In this document: in pieces, positions 27,116-36,685 of the stretch
Layout of the letters: each line of letters starts with the position of its first letter
Position numbering within the stretch: the first letter of the stretch is position 1
Source: Dehalococcoidia bacterium
Lineage (GTDB): Bacteria > Chloroflexota > Dehalococcoidia > Bin125
Length of the DNA stretch: 64,000 nucleotides
Assembly: GCA_963663185.1 (NCBI GenBank)
Contig: OY760135.1
Location: forward strand, 664,081 to 728,080
Reading direction: 5' to 3'
Translations under genes and position numbers: made by a program
Notes under the pieces: model-generated
The model's input: only the letters and a program-made list of their open reading frames with translations
The model's database searches: none
What the model was told of the DNA's origin: nothing

Positions 27116-27408
27116 TCTTCGAGCTGTTTCGTTCGTTGCTCCCGCGCTTCGCGGATCAGATCGACCGAGTCACCCTCAAAAACACGATCGCCGAGCAGCT
27201 CGTTGCGGAAAGCGATCAAACCCTCAATGTCGAAGGGCTTGTATGCCTGTTTCTGTGTGTTGGTATCGTCACTGGCCAATTCGTGCTCGATGGCGTCAAG
27301 GCAGTAGCGACTGACTTCGATTCCCTTGCATTCGGCGGCGGCTTGCACTCGCGCCTTGACATCGGCGTTGAGATGAATCGTCAGTTGCTCTTCACTGGTA
27401 GTGGTCAT
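27106..27408 (-). CDS. vapB: VapB-type ribbon-helix-helix antitoxin
   Basis: MTTTSEEQLTIHLNADVKARVQAAAECKGIEVSRYCLDAIEHEL..; overlaps the vapC start. Confidence 0.55.
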   Translation of the reverse strand: MTTTSEEQLTIHLNADVKARVQAAAECKGIEVSRYCLDAIEHELASDDTNTQKQAYKPFDIEGLIAFRNELLGDRVFEGDSVDLIREAREQRTKQLEEWR

Positions 27409-27464
27409 GATTGTCTCTCGCGGAGTGGTATCCAGCACTCAGACCCAAGATACCCAGATTGCCT

Positions 27465-28253
27465 CTACTCGCCCTTGAATTCGGGTTGGCGGCCTTGGGC
27501 GAAGGCTCTGGGGCCTTCTTTGGAGTCGGCGGTTTGGCCGACGATCCAGCGCAGGCTACCTCCGAAGCGGTTGGCCTGGGCGAGGGTCATGTCTGCCTGG
27601 GCGATGATCAGTTCTTTCATGGCGCGGACGGCGATTGGGGCGTAGCCGGCGACCTGGCTGGCCATCTCCTGCGCGGTTCCGAGCAGCTCGTCCTGGGGGA
27701 CGAGGCGGGAGATGACGCCCCATTGCAGCGCTTCCTGCATGTTGAGGCGGCGGCCGAGGTAGAGCATCTCGTTGGCGTAGGCCTGAGGGATGGCGCGGGG
27801 CAGGCGCATCGGACCGCCGGCGAGCGGGAAGAAGCCGAGCGTAATCTCCGGGAGGCCGAGGCGGGCGCGGGCGTTTTCGGCGCCGATGCGCATGTCGCAG
27901 ATCAGCGCAATCTCGAAGCCGCCGCCGAGCGCGTGGCCGTTGATCGCTGCGATCAGCGGCTTCTTGGCGTCGAACTCGTCGAAGCGGTCAGCGGCATTGG
28001 TGGGGAAGTGTCCGGCGGGGCCGGCGGAGGCAGCGGGGCCGTCGCCCTGGGTGAGGTCGGCGCCGGCGCAGAAGGCGCGCTCGCCGGCGCCGGTGATCAC
28101 GGCGCTGCGGATGTCGTCGTTGTTGCGTACTTCGATCAGCGCCTCGATCAGACCATCGCCAAGCGCGCGATTGATCGTGTTCATTTTGTCGGGACGGTTG
28201 AGCGTGATCGTGGCCACGCGCTCTGAGACGTCAAACAGGACCTCGTCGGTCAT
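27465..28253 (-). CDS. enoyl-CoA hydratase/isomerase (crotonase superfamily)
   Basis: ..ITLNRPDKMN.., ..GAGERAFCAGADL.. and ..AAINGHALGGGFEIALICDMRIGAE.. Confidence 0.8.
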   Translation of the reverse strand: MTDEVLFDVSERVATITLNRPDKMNTINRALGDGLIEALIEVRNNDDIRSAVITGAGERAFCAGADLTQGDGPAASAGPAGHFPTNAADRFDEFDAKKPLIAAINGHALGGGFEIALICDMRIGAENARARLGLPEITLGFFPLAGGPMRLPRAIPQAYANEMLYLGRRLNMQEALQWGVISRLVPQDELLGTAQEMASQVAGYAPIAVRAMKELIIAQADMTLAQANRFGGSLRWIVGQTADSKEGPRAFAQGRQPEFKGE

Positions 28254-28345
28254 CTCGATACTCCATTCGACTTGTTGAGGACACCAAGATCATAGACACA
28301 GCCTATAATCGCCTCATTCAGCAGCCACTTCAGAGAGGCGGCGGT

Positions 28346-28564
28346 ATGGCGGCAACACCGATCCAAGCGCTTGAGGCGCTTGCCGAATCGCTCGGCGCCG
28401 ACGCGTCGGTTGACGAGCTTGAGCGCGCGCTGCCGATCGTCACGCGCATGCTCAAGAACGCCATCTCTCGAGATCGCTTGCCCGATCTCGGCGAGACCGA
28501 GCCGGCTTTCGGTCTGCGCTTCGATTCGAGCGAACTCAGCAGCGAGCTCAGTACAGGAGAGTAG
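28346..28564 (+). CDS. AtzG/GatC-like small subunit (DUF4089-like)
   Basis: 72 aa, acidic and helical (..LPIVTRMLKNAISRDRLPDLGETEPAF..). It is translationally adjacent to the amidase, as in the AtzE/AtzG arrangement. Confidence 0.35.
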   Translation: MAATPIQALEALAESLGADASVDELERALPIVTRMLKNAISRDRLPDLGETEPAFGLRFDSSELSSELSTGE

Positions 28565-28571
28565 GCGTTTG

Positions 28572-29960
28572 ATGGAAGGTCGTAAACCGTACGAACTGAC
28601 CATAGTGGAGCTCGGCGAGGCGCTGCGCCAGGGCGCGATCACCGCGCTCGATCTCACCGAGTCGGTGCTGGCGCGGCTGGAGGCGACGGAGCCGCTGCTC
28701 AACGCGTACATCACGGTGACGGCTGAGTTGGCGCGCGAGCAGGCGTCGGCGGCGGATGACGCGATGCGGGACGGACGTGACCTGGGTCCGCTGCACGGGA
28801 TTCCGATCGGACTGAAGGATTTGGTCGACACGGCCGGCATTCCTACGACGGGCGGCGGCGGATTCCTGCGTGATCGCGTGCCCGAGGCCGATGCCACGGT
28901 GTACCGCAAACTGAAGGAAGCTGGCGCGGTGATGCCGGGCAAGCTCAATCTGCATGAGTTTGCGTTCGGCACGACGAGCGCCAATCCGCACTACGGTCCG
29001 GTCTGCAATCCGTGGGACGTGACGAAGTCGCCGGGCGGCAGCAGCGGCGGTTCGGGCGCGTCGGTGGCGGTCGGATCGTCGATTGGGGCGCTCGGCTCCG
29101 ACACTGGCGGTAGCATCCGCATTCCCGCCAGTCTCTGCGGCGTCACCGGACTGATGGGGACGTACGGTCGGGTATCGCGCCGCGGTGTTTTGCCGCTCTC
29201 GTGGACGCTTGACCATGTTGGACCGTTGACCAAAACCGTTGAGGAAGCGGGACTCGTCCTCAACGCGATCTCTGGCTACGACCCATCCGATCCCGGCAGC
29301 GCCGATGTCCCGGTCAACGACTGCAATGAGTCGATCGGAGAAGGCGTCGACGGGATTCGGATTGGATTGCCTCGCAAGATGCTCTGGACCGGTTGCGACG
29401 AAGACGTCATTGAACACTGCGAGATCGCGGTGGATCATCTGCGCAGCCTCGGCGCGACGGTGATCGAGGTGGAGCTGCCGTTGCAGACGGACCGTCCTCG
29501 CGGACTGACGATCATCGCCGAGGCGGCGGCCTATCACGCCAAGTGGCTGCGCGAGCGTCGGGACGAATACGGCGACATCCTGGAGCGAGTCGAGGCGGGG
29601 CTCTCCGTTAGCGCAGTGGACTACATCAACGACCAGCGTCTGCGACGGAAGTTCATCGAGGAGACGGCGGCGGTATTGCAGGAGGTGGATGTGCTGATCT
29701 CGCCGACCTGCTCGCGGACCGCGCCGCTGATCGAGGATGGCGATCCGACGGCCGAGCTGGCGCGACTGACTGCTCCGTACGACGTGACCGGGATCCCCGC
29801 GATCTCGATTCCCTGCGGCTATGACCGCAAGGGGATGCCGATCGGCCTGATGATCGGCGGTCGACACTTCGACGAAGCCACCATCTGCCGAGTCGCCCAT
29901 GCCTATGAGCAATCGACGGATTGGGTGTTACAGCGTCCAGATCTCGAGCTGGGGAGCTAG
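28572..29960 (+). CDS. amidase-signature family amidase (GatA/AtzE-like)
   Basis: ..GPLHGIPIGLKDL.., ..GGSSGGSGASVAVG.. (Ser-cisSer-Lys signature), ..DTGGSIRIPA.. Confidence 0.85.
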   Translation: MEGRKPYELTIVELGEALRQGAITALDLTESVLARLEATEPLLNAYITVTAELAREQASAADDAMRDGRDLGPLHGIPIGLKDLVDTAGIPTTGGGGFLRDRVPEADATVYRKLKEAGAVMPGKLNLHEFAFGTTSANPHYGPVCNPWDVTKSPGGSSGGSGASVAVGSSIGALGSDTGGSIRIPASLCGVTGLMGTYGRVSRRGVLPLSWTLDHVGPLTKTVEEAGLVLNAISGYDPSDPGSADVPVNDCNESIGEGVDGIRIGLPRKMLWTGCDEDVIEHCEIAVDHLRSLGATVIEVELPLQTDRPRGLTIIAEAAAYHAKWLRERRDEYGDILERVEAGLSVSAVDYINDQRLRRKFIEETAAVLQEVDVLISPTCSRTAPLIEDGDPTAELARLTAPYDVTGIPAISIPCGYDRKGMPIGLMIGGRHFDEATICRVAHAYEQSTDWVLQRPDLELGS

Positions 29961-30040
29961 TGTGTCCTAATCCCTGAGTTGTGGCGACAGGTGTGGGCCT
30001 GGTGCGGTGAGATGGGAAATGTGATTAGCGCGATGCTGGA

Positions 30041-32335
30041 TTGGTACGTGCGATAATGCGCGAAGACGGTTCTGCGGTTGGCCATTGGAGCGACCGTGCG
30101 TCTGGGGGTGAAGTCGTGACCAAGACAGCGCGACCAAGTCGGCGGCAGACGGCGGCAGCGACCGAATCGACGGGCAAGCGAGTGTCGGCGTTGGCCATTC
30201 CGGCCTGGCTGCCATTGGGAGGGCTGCTGTTGGTCTCGGGCGCGGAGACGGTTCGCGTGACCGGAGCGCATCGCGAGCTGTTCTTCAACATCGATCACTT
30301 TTGGGTGCTGTATATGTTGCTGCCCTTCGTGATCGGGATCATCGTCTACGGACTGGTACGGCGATCGCGAATTTGGCGACTGGGTGAAACGTCGTTCAAT
30401 CTGCGCAATGGCCTGGGCAGCTTCGATCATCTACAGCTGCGATTGACCCGGGTCTTGCGCGGCGGCGCGGGGACCGAACGGGTGTTGCGCGACCCGTACT
30501 CAGGCGTGATGCACATGTGCATTATGTCTTCGATGATCGTGCTGTTTCTGGTGACGGCGTTGCTGGCGATCGACGACTACATCCCGGTCGACATCCTGGT
30601 CGGGCCGCGCTATCTGGGCTATTCGTTGGTGGCGGACGTCTTCGGGTTGATCGGGATCATTGGCGTGGCGATGGCGGTGGCTCATCGATGGGTGCGACCG
30701 CGCACGGCATGGTTGCCGACCTGGGAGGACTGGCTGATTCTCGGCGGATTGGGGTTGCTGTTGGTTACGGGATTCGTTGTCGAAGGGTTGCGGATTCACA
30801 CGTCGGAGATTGATGTCAATCCGCAGTGGTCGTACTGGTCGCCGGTGGGGTACGTGGTGGCGTTGATGTTCTCGGGCGTGCGGATTTCGGCGGCGTTGGA
30901 CATCCATACGGCGCTGTGGTGGGTACACATGATCGGCGCGCTGTCGTGGATCACGCTGCTGGGTTACTCGAAGCTGAATCATCTGGTGCTGGCCCCGGCG
31001 AACGCGTTCCTGAAGAGCACGGCGGCGCCTGGCAAGCTGGAGCTGATCCAGAACATTGAAGAGCAGGAACACTTCGGCGTGTCGCAGCTGGAGCACTTCT
31101 CGATGAAGCAGCTGTTCGAGCTCGATGTCTGCGTGCGCTGCGGGCGTTGCACTGATAACTGCCCGGCCGACATTGCCGGCCAACCGCTCTCACCGATGCA
31201 CATCATCCAGGATCTGAAGTCGTACGCGACGTCGGTGGGCGAGCGCAAGGTGGCGAATCTGGTGCAGGGCAATGACCTGAATTTCGGGCTGGAGGACGAG
31301 GCGGCGATGGTGGGCGGCGTGGTACGAGATGAGTCGCTGTGGGCGTGTCGGACCTGCGGCGCGTGCGTGGAGGCGTGCCCGGTCTTCATCGAGCATGTGC
31401 CGACGATTGTGGATATGCGTCGTTCGCTGGTGATGGAAGAGGCGCGGATGCCGGAGACGGTGCAGGGCACGCTGGAGACGCTGGAACGTCAAGGTCATCC
31501 CTGGCGCGGGACTCCGTACACGCGGGAGAGCTGGATGGAAGGGATTGAGGTACCGGAGTGGACGGGCGAGCAGGACTATCTGTACTTCGTCGGTTGCACG
31601 GGAGCGTTCGTCGATCGGGCGCAGGCGATCACGCGATCGGTTGTCTCGTTGTTGCGTGAGGCGGATGTGTCGTTCGGCGTGTTGAAGGGGATGGAATCGT
31701 GCAACGGCGACCCGGCGCGGCGCCTGGGGCACGAGTACCTGTACCAGATTCTGGCTGAAGGGTTGATTGAGCTGTTCAACGAAACGGGCGTCAACGAGGA
31801 GCAGAAGACGGTGATCACGCACTGTCCGCACTGTTTCAACACATTCCTGAACGAGTATCCGGAGATGGGCGCGAAGTTCCAGGTGATACACCACACGCAG
31901 TTGCTGGAGCAGCTGATGGATCGTGGCCAGTTGGTCGCCCGCGCGGACGGTCCGGAGCAGACGATCACGTATCACGACAGCTGCTACCTGGGTCGGCACA
32001 ACGACATTTTCGAGGCGCCGCGTCGGATTTTGGAGCAGGTGCCGAACGTGACGTTGATTGAGATGCCTCGGAGTCGCGAGCAGGGACTCTGTTGCGGGGC
32101 TGGCGGCGGCAACATGTGGATGGAGGAGCAGGGCAAGAGTCGGGTCAATGAGGTGCGGGTTGAGGAGGCGGTATCGACGGGCGCGGACTCGGCCTGCACG
32201 GCGTGTCCATTCTGCATTCAGATGTTTGACTCGGGCATCGGCACGGTGCAACTGGATGTCGAGGACGAGGACAAGCTCAAGGTGCTGGATGTCGCAGAAC
32301 TGCTCCAGGCTGCGGCCGTCTCGGATTCCGATTAG
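30041..32335 (+). CDS. membrane-bound Fe-S oxidoreductase (NarI/HdrE-like TM domain + 2x[4Fe-4S] + CCG domains; HdrD/GlpC/DsrK-like)
   Basis: Multiple TM helices in the N-terminal half. CxxCxxCxxxCP sites at ..CVRCGRCTDNCPA.. and ..CRTCGACVEACPV.. Two CCG cysteine-rich domains (..YFVGCTG.., ..CCGAGGG..). The exact start is uncertain. Confidence 0.7.
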   Translation: MVRAIMREDGSAVGHWSDRASGGEVVTKTARPSRRQTAAATESTGKRVSALAIPAWLPLGGLLLVSGAETVRVTGAHRELFFNIDHFWVLYMLLPFVIGIIVYGLVRRSRIWRLGETSFNLRNGLGSFDHLQLRLTRVLRGGAGTERVLRDPYSGVMHMCIMSSMIVLFLVTALLAIDDYIPVDILVGPRYLGYSLVADVFGLIGIIGVAMAVAHRWVRPRTAWLPTWEDWLILGGLGLLLVTGFVVEGLRIHTSEIDVNPQWSYWSPVGYVVALMFSGVRISAALDIHTALWWVHMIGALSWITLLGYSKLNHLVLAPANAFLKSTAAPGKLELIQNIEEQEHFGVSQLEHFSMKQLFELDVCVRCGRCTDNCPADIAGQPLSPMHIIQDLKSYATSVGERKVANLVQGNDLNFGLEDEAAMVGGVVRDESLWACRTCGACVEACPVFIEHVPTIVDMRRSLVMEEARMPETVQGTLETLERQGHPWRGTPYTRESWMEGIEVPEWTGEQDYLYFVGCTGAFVDRAQAITRSVVSLLREADVSFGVLKGMESCNGDPARRLGHEYLYQILAEGLIELFNETGVNEEQKTVITHCPHCFNTFLNEYPEMGAKFQVIHHTQLLEQLMDRGQLVARADGPEQTITYHDSCYLGRHNDIFEAPRRILEQVPNVTLIEMPRSREQGLCCGAGGGNMWMEEQGKSRVNEVRVEEAVSTGADSACTACPFCIQMFDSGIGTVQLDVEDEDKLKVLDVAELLQAAAVSDSD

Positions 32336-32533
32336 GGCGCCGCTGAATCTACGCTGCTGCGCAGGGGCGCGGCGAAGTGACGAAGCCGGCTTGCTCGGCG
32401 CTCAGTTTGTGCGCACATGTAGGCGGTACTGGATTCTGTATCCCAGCTGATTGCCTGAGCTGGTTGGGTTCGGCACAATATGCGATTGGACGCGCGATTC
32501 GCGTCGACGCGAGCATCAGTATGTGAGGAACCG

Positions 32534-33337
32534 ATGAACGTCATCGTCTGCGTGAAGCAGATTCCCGATCCCGAGACGCCTGCGGCGGCCTTCAAGGTTG
32601 ACGAGCAGGCGATGCAGGTCATGCCGGCGCAGGGAATATCGCCGGTGATATCCCCGTTTGACGCGCAAGCGGTCGAGGCCGCGTTGCGGATCAAAGATGC
32701 GGCTGGAGAGGGTTCGGTGCAGGTGATATCGCTCGGGCCCGACTCGGCGCGTGATGCGATCAAGCATTCGTTGGCGATGGGCGCAGACGATGGCTTTCAT
32801 CTGAAGGATGCTGCTTTTGAAGGCGGCGACGCGTGGACGACGGCGTTGACGCTGTCGAAGGCAATTCAACATGTTGGGCTGCCGGATGTGCTGATCTTCG
32901 GGCGTCAGGCGGCGGACTGGGACCAGGGCACGGTCGGGAGCATCGTGGCTGAGCTACTGGACCTGCCGTCGGCGACGGTATTGCGGGCGGTCGAGCTGAC
33001 GGATGGTGGCATCACGGTGTCTCGCGTGGTGGCGGACGGCTTTGAGACGGTGGAGTTGCCGACGCCGTGCGTGTTGACGATTTCGAACGAGTTCGGCGAT
33101 CCGCGTTATCCGCAGCTGCGTCAGATTATGCTGGCGGCGCGCAAGCAGGTAGTCGAGTTGGGCGCGTCTGATCTGGGATTGGATGCGTCTGAGGTCGGCG
33201 CAGCGGGCGCTCGCATACAGATGCACGCGCTGTTCCAACCGACGAGTGATGTCGAAGTGGAGATCATTGAGGGCGACACGCCGGACGAGAAGGCGGCCGG
33301 CCTCGTGAACGCGCTTCGCGCAGCGAAGATCCTGTAG
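32534..33337 (+). CDS. etfB: electron transfer flavoprotein beta subunit
   Basis: MNVIVCVKQIPDPETP..; ..VISLGPD.. and ..FGRQAADWDQGTVG.. Confidence 0.85.
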   Translation: MNVIVCVKQIPDPETPAAAFKVDEQAMQVMPAQGISPVISPFDAQAVEAALRIKDAAGEGSVQVISLGPDSARDAIKHSLAMGADDGFHLKDAAFEGGDAWTTALTLSKAIQHVGLPDVLIFGRQAADWDQGTVGSIVAELLDLPSATVLRAVELTDGGITVSRVVADGFETVELPTPCVLTISNEFGDPRYPQLRQIMLAARKQVVELGASDLGLDASEVGAAGARIQMHALFQPTSDVEVEIIEGDTPDEKAAGLVNALRAAKIL

Positions 33338-33442
33338 CGCGAAACGCGGCGGTTGCGGCGCATCCGCGCTTGGATTGCCGCAGCCGACGCGACCGTCAGA
33401 CGACCAACACACGACCGAACTTGACAGACTGGGGCAGAGCAC

Positions 33443-34417
33443 ATGGCGCGCATTCTGGTGATTGGCGAAGCGGACGGCGGCGAGCTGACCGCACCGACGT
33501 TGGAGATACTGGGCGGAGCGAGGCGGCTCGCGTCCGAGCTGGGCGGCGATGTGGCCCTCGGGCTGATCGGCGCGGGATTGGGCAGTGCCGCGGCGGCGGC
33601 CGGTTCGGCTGGCGCGGACACGGTGTACACGGCTGACTCGGAGTCGCTGTCGGTGTACCAGACGGAGAGCTATCTACCGTTGGCGCAGGCGATCGTCGAG
33701 CAGTCTGCGCCGTCGGTCGTGCTGATGGCGCAGTCGAGCATGGGGCGTGACCTGGCGCCTCGGCTGGCGACGCGTCTGGGCAGCGCGGTCGTGATGGATG
33801 CGTTGGGGTTGGAAGTGGATGGCGACCGAGTGAAGGCGACTCGGAGCTGCTACGGCGGCAACGCGCGTCAGGTCGTGACCGTGCAGACCGATCCGCAGCT
33901 GATTACGGTGCGAGCGAAGGCGCAGGATCCGATGGCGCCGGATGCGTCGCGTTCGGCAGAGGTGATTGCGGTGGAGGTGGGTGAGCGGGAGCTGCGCGCG
34001 CGCACGACCGGCAAGGAATTGGCCGAGTCGGAAGGCGTGCGGCTGGAGGACGCGGAGATCGTGGTCTCGGGCGGGCGCGGTTTGGGTGGGCCTGAGGCGT
34101 TCTCGGATCTGGAGCGGTTGGCGGGCGTGTTGCAAGCAGCGGTCGGATCGTCGCGAGCGGCCTGTGACCTGGGCTGGTATCCACCGTCGCAGCAGGTAGG
34201 GCTGACCGGGACCGTGGTCTCGCCGACGCTGTATCTGGCGATTGCGATTTCGGGCGCGAGTCAGCACATGGCGGGTTGCGGGGGATCGAAGAACATTGTC
34301 GCGATCAACAAGGATCCGGACGCGGCGATCTTCAACTTTGCGCGATTCGGGATCGTGGATGACTACAAGAAGGTGTTGCCGTCGCTGGAGTCAGCGTTGG
34401 CGGCGGCGCTGGAGTAG
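33443..34417 (+). CDS. etfA: electron transfer flavoprotein alpha subunit
   Basis: MARILVIGE..; C-terminal FAD-binding region ..YLAIAISGASQHMAGCGGSKNIVAINKDPDAAIF.. Confidence 0.85.
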   Translation: MARILVIGEADGGELTAPTLEILGGARRLASELGGDVALGLIGAGLGSAAAAAGSAGADTVYTADSESLSVYQTESYLPLAQAIVEQSAPSVVLMAQSSMGRDLAPRLATRLGSAVVMDALGLEVDGDRVKATRSCYGGNARQVVTVQTDPQLITVRAKAQDPMAPDASRSAEVIAVEVGERELRARTTGKELAESEGVRLEDAEIVVSGGRGLGGPEAFSDLERLAGVLQAAVGSSRAACDLGWYPPSQQVGLTGTVVSPTLYLAIAISGASQHMAGCGGSKNIVAINKDPDAAIFNFARFGIVDDYKKVLPSLESALAAALE

Positions 34418-35012
34418 GTCAGCGCTGCTTTGGCTCTTCTGAGGCGCGTCTGTCCCAGCCAGGCGGAGCGACGCCGAGCGAACTGACTGGCGGCAGGCCG
34501 TCGATCGGGCCGCGAGCCGCGCTTCGGTGCAAGCCGGCCACGAGCAACCAGGGCGACGCCGTCAGCTACGTCTCTCGGATCGATTCAGGCGAGGATGTGA
34601 TCGTGAACTTCCTCACCCATTTCATGCCGTCGGGCGTATTCAGATTTCGCATTCAGATCAACAGATTCATTATCCAGGCCACTGGATTGAGTGATGTCTG
34701 CAATGCTTGGCGCGGTCGGGCTGTTCAGTTCGCCGGCTGCGCCTGCCGACGAGTCATCGATTTAGGCGACCGTTGACGCTGGCGTCAGCGACCAGGCTGG
34801 AACGTCAACTGAAGATCCACTGGCGGAGTAGAAGTGTATTAGGGCTTCTTCCCTCCGCCAAAACAATGGTCCGTTCCAGGCGGCGCATGAGTACATCGTG
34901 TATCAAGTGGTCAGGAACGATGATCAGGGCCCGTTGGGGAAGATTGAAACACGCCATCACAGCTTGACCGTCTCCCATCCGTACGTCAAACAGGTGATCT
35001 TGCAGCAACAAC

Positions 35013-35697
35013 ATGCCGAAGGCAGGTACCGCGACTGGAACGACCAGATCGCTCGGTGACCACGTGGTCAACATCACCTTGCCAGACCTGCGCAAACCCA
35101 ATGTGGACCCGGTCAGCAGGGGGTCGGAGTCAGTGAGCGACTCGAGTGCGCCGGCCGAATCTCCGGAGATTCGGGTAGCGAGAATTGCTTACGAGGAGGC
35201 CAGCGCGCGCGAGGCGGACGGCGTCGCCTTGTTGGAGCGCAGGACCAGGCAGTCCACGCGGGCGGAACGCGACTATCGCGACTCCGTCACAGCCCTCAAG
35301 AAGGCGCGGAGCAAGCGCGATGACGCCAAGGGCCCTGCTTGAACGCCGAACCGCGGTCTGGCAGCAGCGAGCTCAAGAGTGGGAAGCGGGCGACCAGTCC
35401 AGCGCAGCGGAGCGTCGCTTGCAGCGCACGCTTGACCGGTAGCTCGATGCAGATTCTGCGTTCGGAGACCGCGTCGCTGAAGTGTCCGCAGCCAAGAAGA
35501 AACGAAATCGACTTGAAAAGAAATGGGCCGAGGCGGTCAAGGGAGTGACCAGGGCGCAGGCCGAGCTTGACGCGCTCAAGGTCGAGACGAAACAGGCCCA
35601 AGCCCGACTGACAGCGCTGGAGCAACAATCGATCAGCCGATCAGCCGATCAGCCGAACCGGCACAACGATCAGCTCATCAGGGTCGGTGGGCCATAA
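35013..35697 (+). pseudogene. degraded coiled-coil protein gene (frameshift plus in-frame TAG at 35440)
   Basis: Three ORF pieces in two frames all read as charged coiled coil (..ALLERRTRQSTRAERDYRDSVTALKKARSKRDD.. / ..ALLERRTAVWQQRAQEWEAG..QRTLDR*LDADSAFGDRVAEVSAAKKKRNRLEKKWAEAVKGVTRAQAELDALKVETKQAQARLTALEQQ..). Confidence 0.35.
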
Positions 35698-35845
35698 GTT
35701 CGCCTACTGTCAGCTCAACGCCGCGCGCCCGGCGATCATGAAGATCGGCTGCCACGGCGATTGCATCGGCGACTTGGCGGTCAACTGTGCTTTTTCGGTC
35801 TGATGCGCGCGGTCTGATGCGCGACATCGCTTCTTCAGGGGGTTG

Positions 35846-36322
35846 CTAGAAGCCGTGGGTCTTGCGCCAGCTGCGGATTTGGCTGGCGTGCTCGCTGTCG
35901 TGAGTGATGAGGGCGTCAACCAGCTGATTGACTGAGATGTGCTTGTCGCCGAAGAGGAGGGTGGGTTGATCGCGTTCCTCGTCGGTGAGTTGGCTGATGC
36001 GCGCGGCCATGTCGTCACGCATGTTGCGCAAGGTCGAGATCAGGTCTGGGATGGGGCGATCGGCCCAATCGGCAGGGCAGGCTTCATTGATTTCGCGCTC
36101 GGAGGGGAGTGGCGCGAGAGGCATGCCGACGCTGGAGCGTTCGAGCGCGTTGGATGTCCAGGCGTCCCAACCGACGATATGGGCGAGGCAGTCGCGGATG
36201 GACCAGTTGCCGATGACGTGCGACTTGTCGAAGGCGGAGTCGGGCAGGCGGTCAACGGCTTCGAGCAGGCCGGTGCGTCCGTCGGTGCAATCGATCGTGT
36301 CAGATTTGGCTTCAGCAACCAT
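35846..36322 (-). CDS. DinB/ClbS(DfsB)-like four-helix-bundle protein
   Basis: 158 aa from ATG 36322; ..GNWSIRDCLAHIVGWDAW.. resembles the ClbS/DUF1706 and DinB-type motif. Confidence 0.4.
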   Translation of the reverse strand: MVAEAKSDTIDCTDGRTGLLEAVDRLPDSAFDKSHVIGNWSIRDCLAHIVGWDAWTSNALERSSVGMPLAPLPSEREINEACPADWADRPIPDLISTLRNMRDDMAARISQLTDEERDQPTLLFGDKHISVNQLVDALITHDSEHASQIRSWRKTHGF

Positions 36323-36685
36323 CGAAGGCTCCTGGCAGGCACGGCGAACTGGGCGTTCGGAGTGTGCGGTGGTTGCGCGGGCAGGGCCCACAAATCGATG
36401 CGCGGTTGGCGGCCGAAGTTGGCGACCAACGTGCGGACCGCGTTGATGTTGGTATTCAGGCTACCAATTTGGCGATCCGTCGCCTGCTGACTGAGATACA
36501 GATAGATGTTCTGAGCGATGCGCGGCTGAGAGAGTCGGTGGGAGGGCGGTTGGGCGAGGTTGACCATGTTGGCGGGCGTCAATAACCTTTGAGTTCAGCG
36601 TGCGTCTGCGCGGTCGGTGGGCGACGGTTCACTTGGCCGGTTTGGCAAGAGGGCGGCGCGATAGATGTAGGGACGCACATCGGTT

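Noticed and set aside
27411-29912. ORFs 27411..28226 (+) and 28548..29912 (-)
   Set aside because: Antisense to the crotonase and amidase genes respectively; low-complexity composition.
30500-32251. Minus-strand ORFs 30500..31183 and 31190..32251
   Set aside because: Arg/His/Pro-rich antisense frames of the Fe-S oxidoreductase gene, whose sense frame has clean 4Fe-4S and CCG motifs.
36392-36582. Possible small minus-strand gene (MTPANMVNLAQPPSHRLSQPRIAQNIYLYLSQQATDRQIGSLNTNINAVRTL..)
   Set aside because: Only about 60 codons are free of overlap before the frame runs antisense through the ClbS/DinB-like gene without a stop. No family recognised; kept as unresolved rather than annotated.
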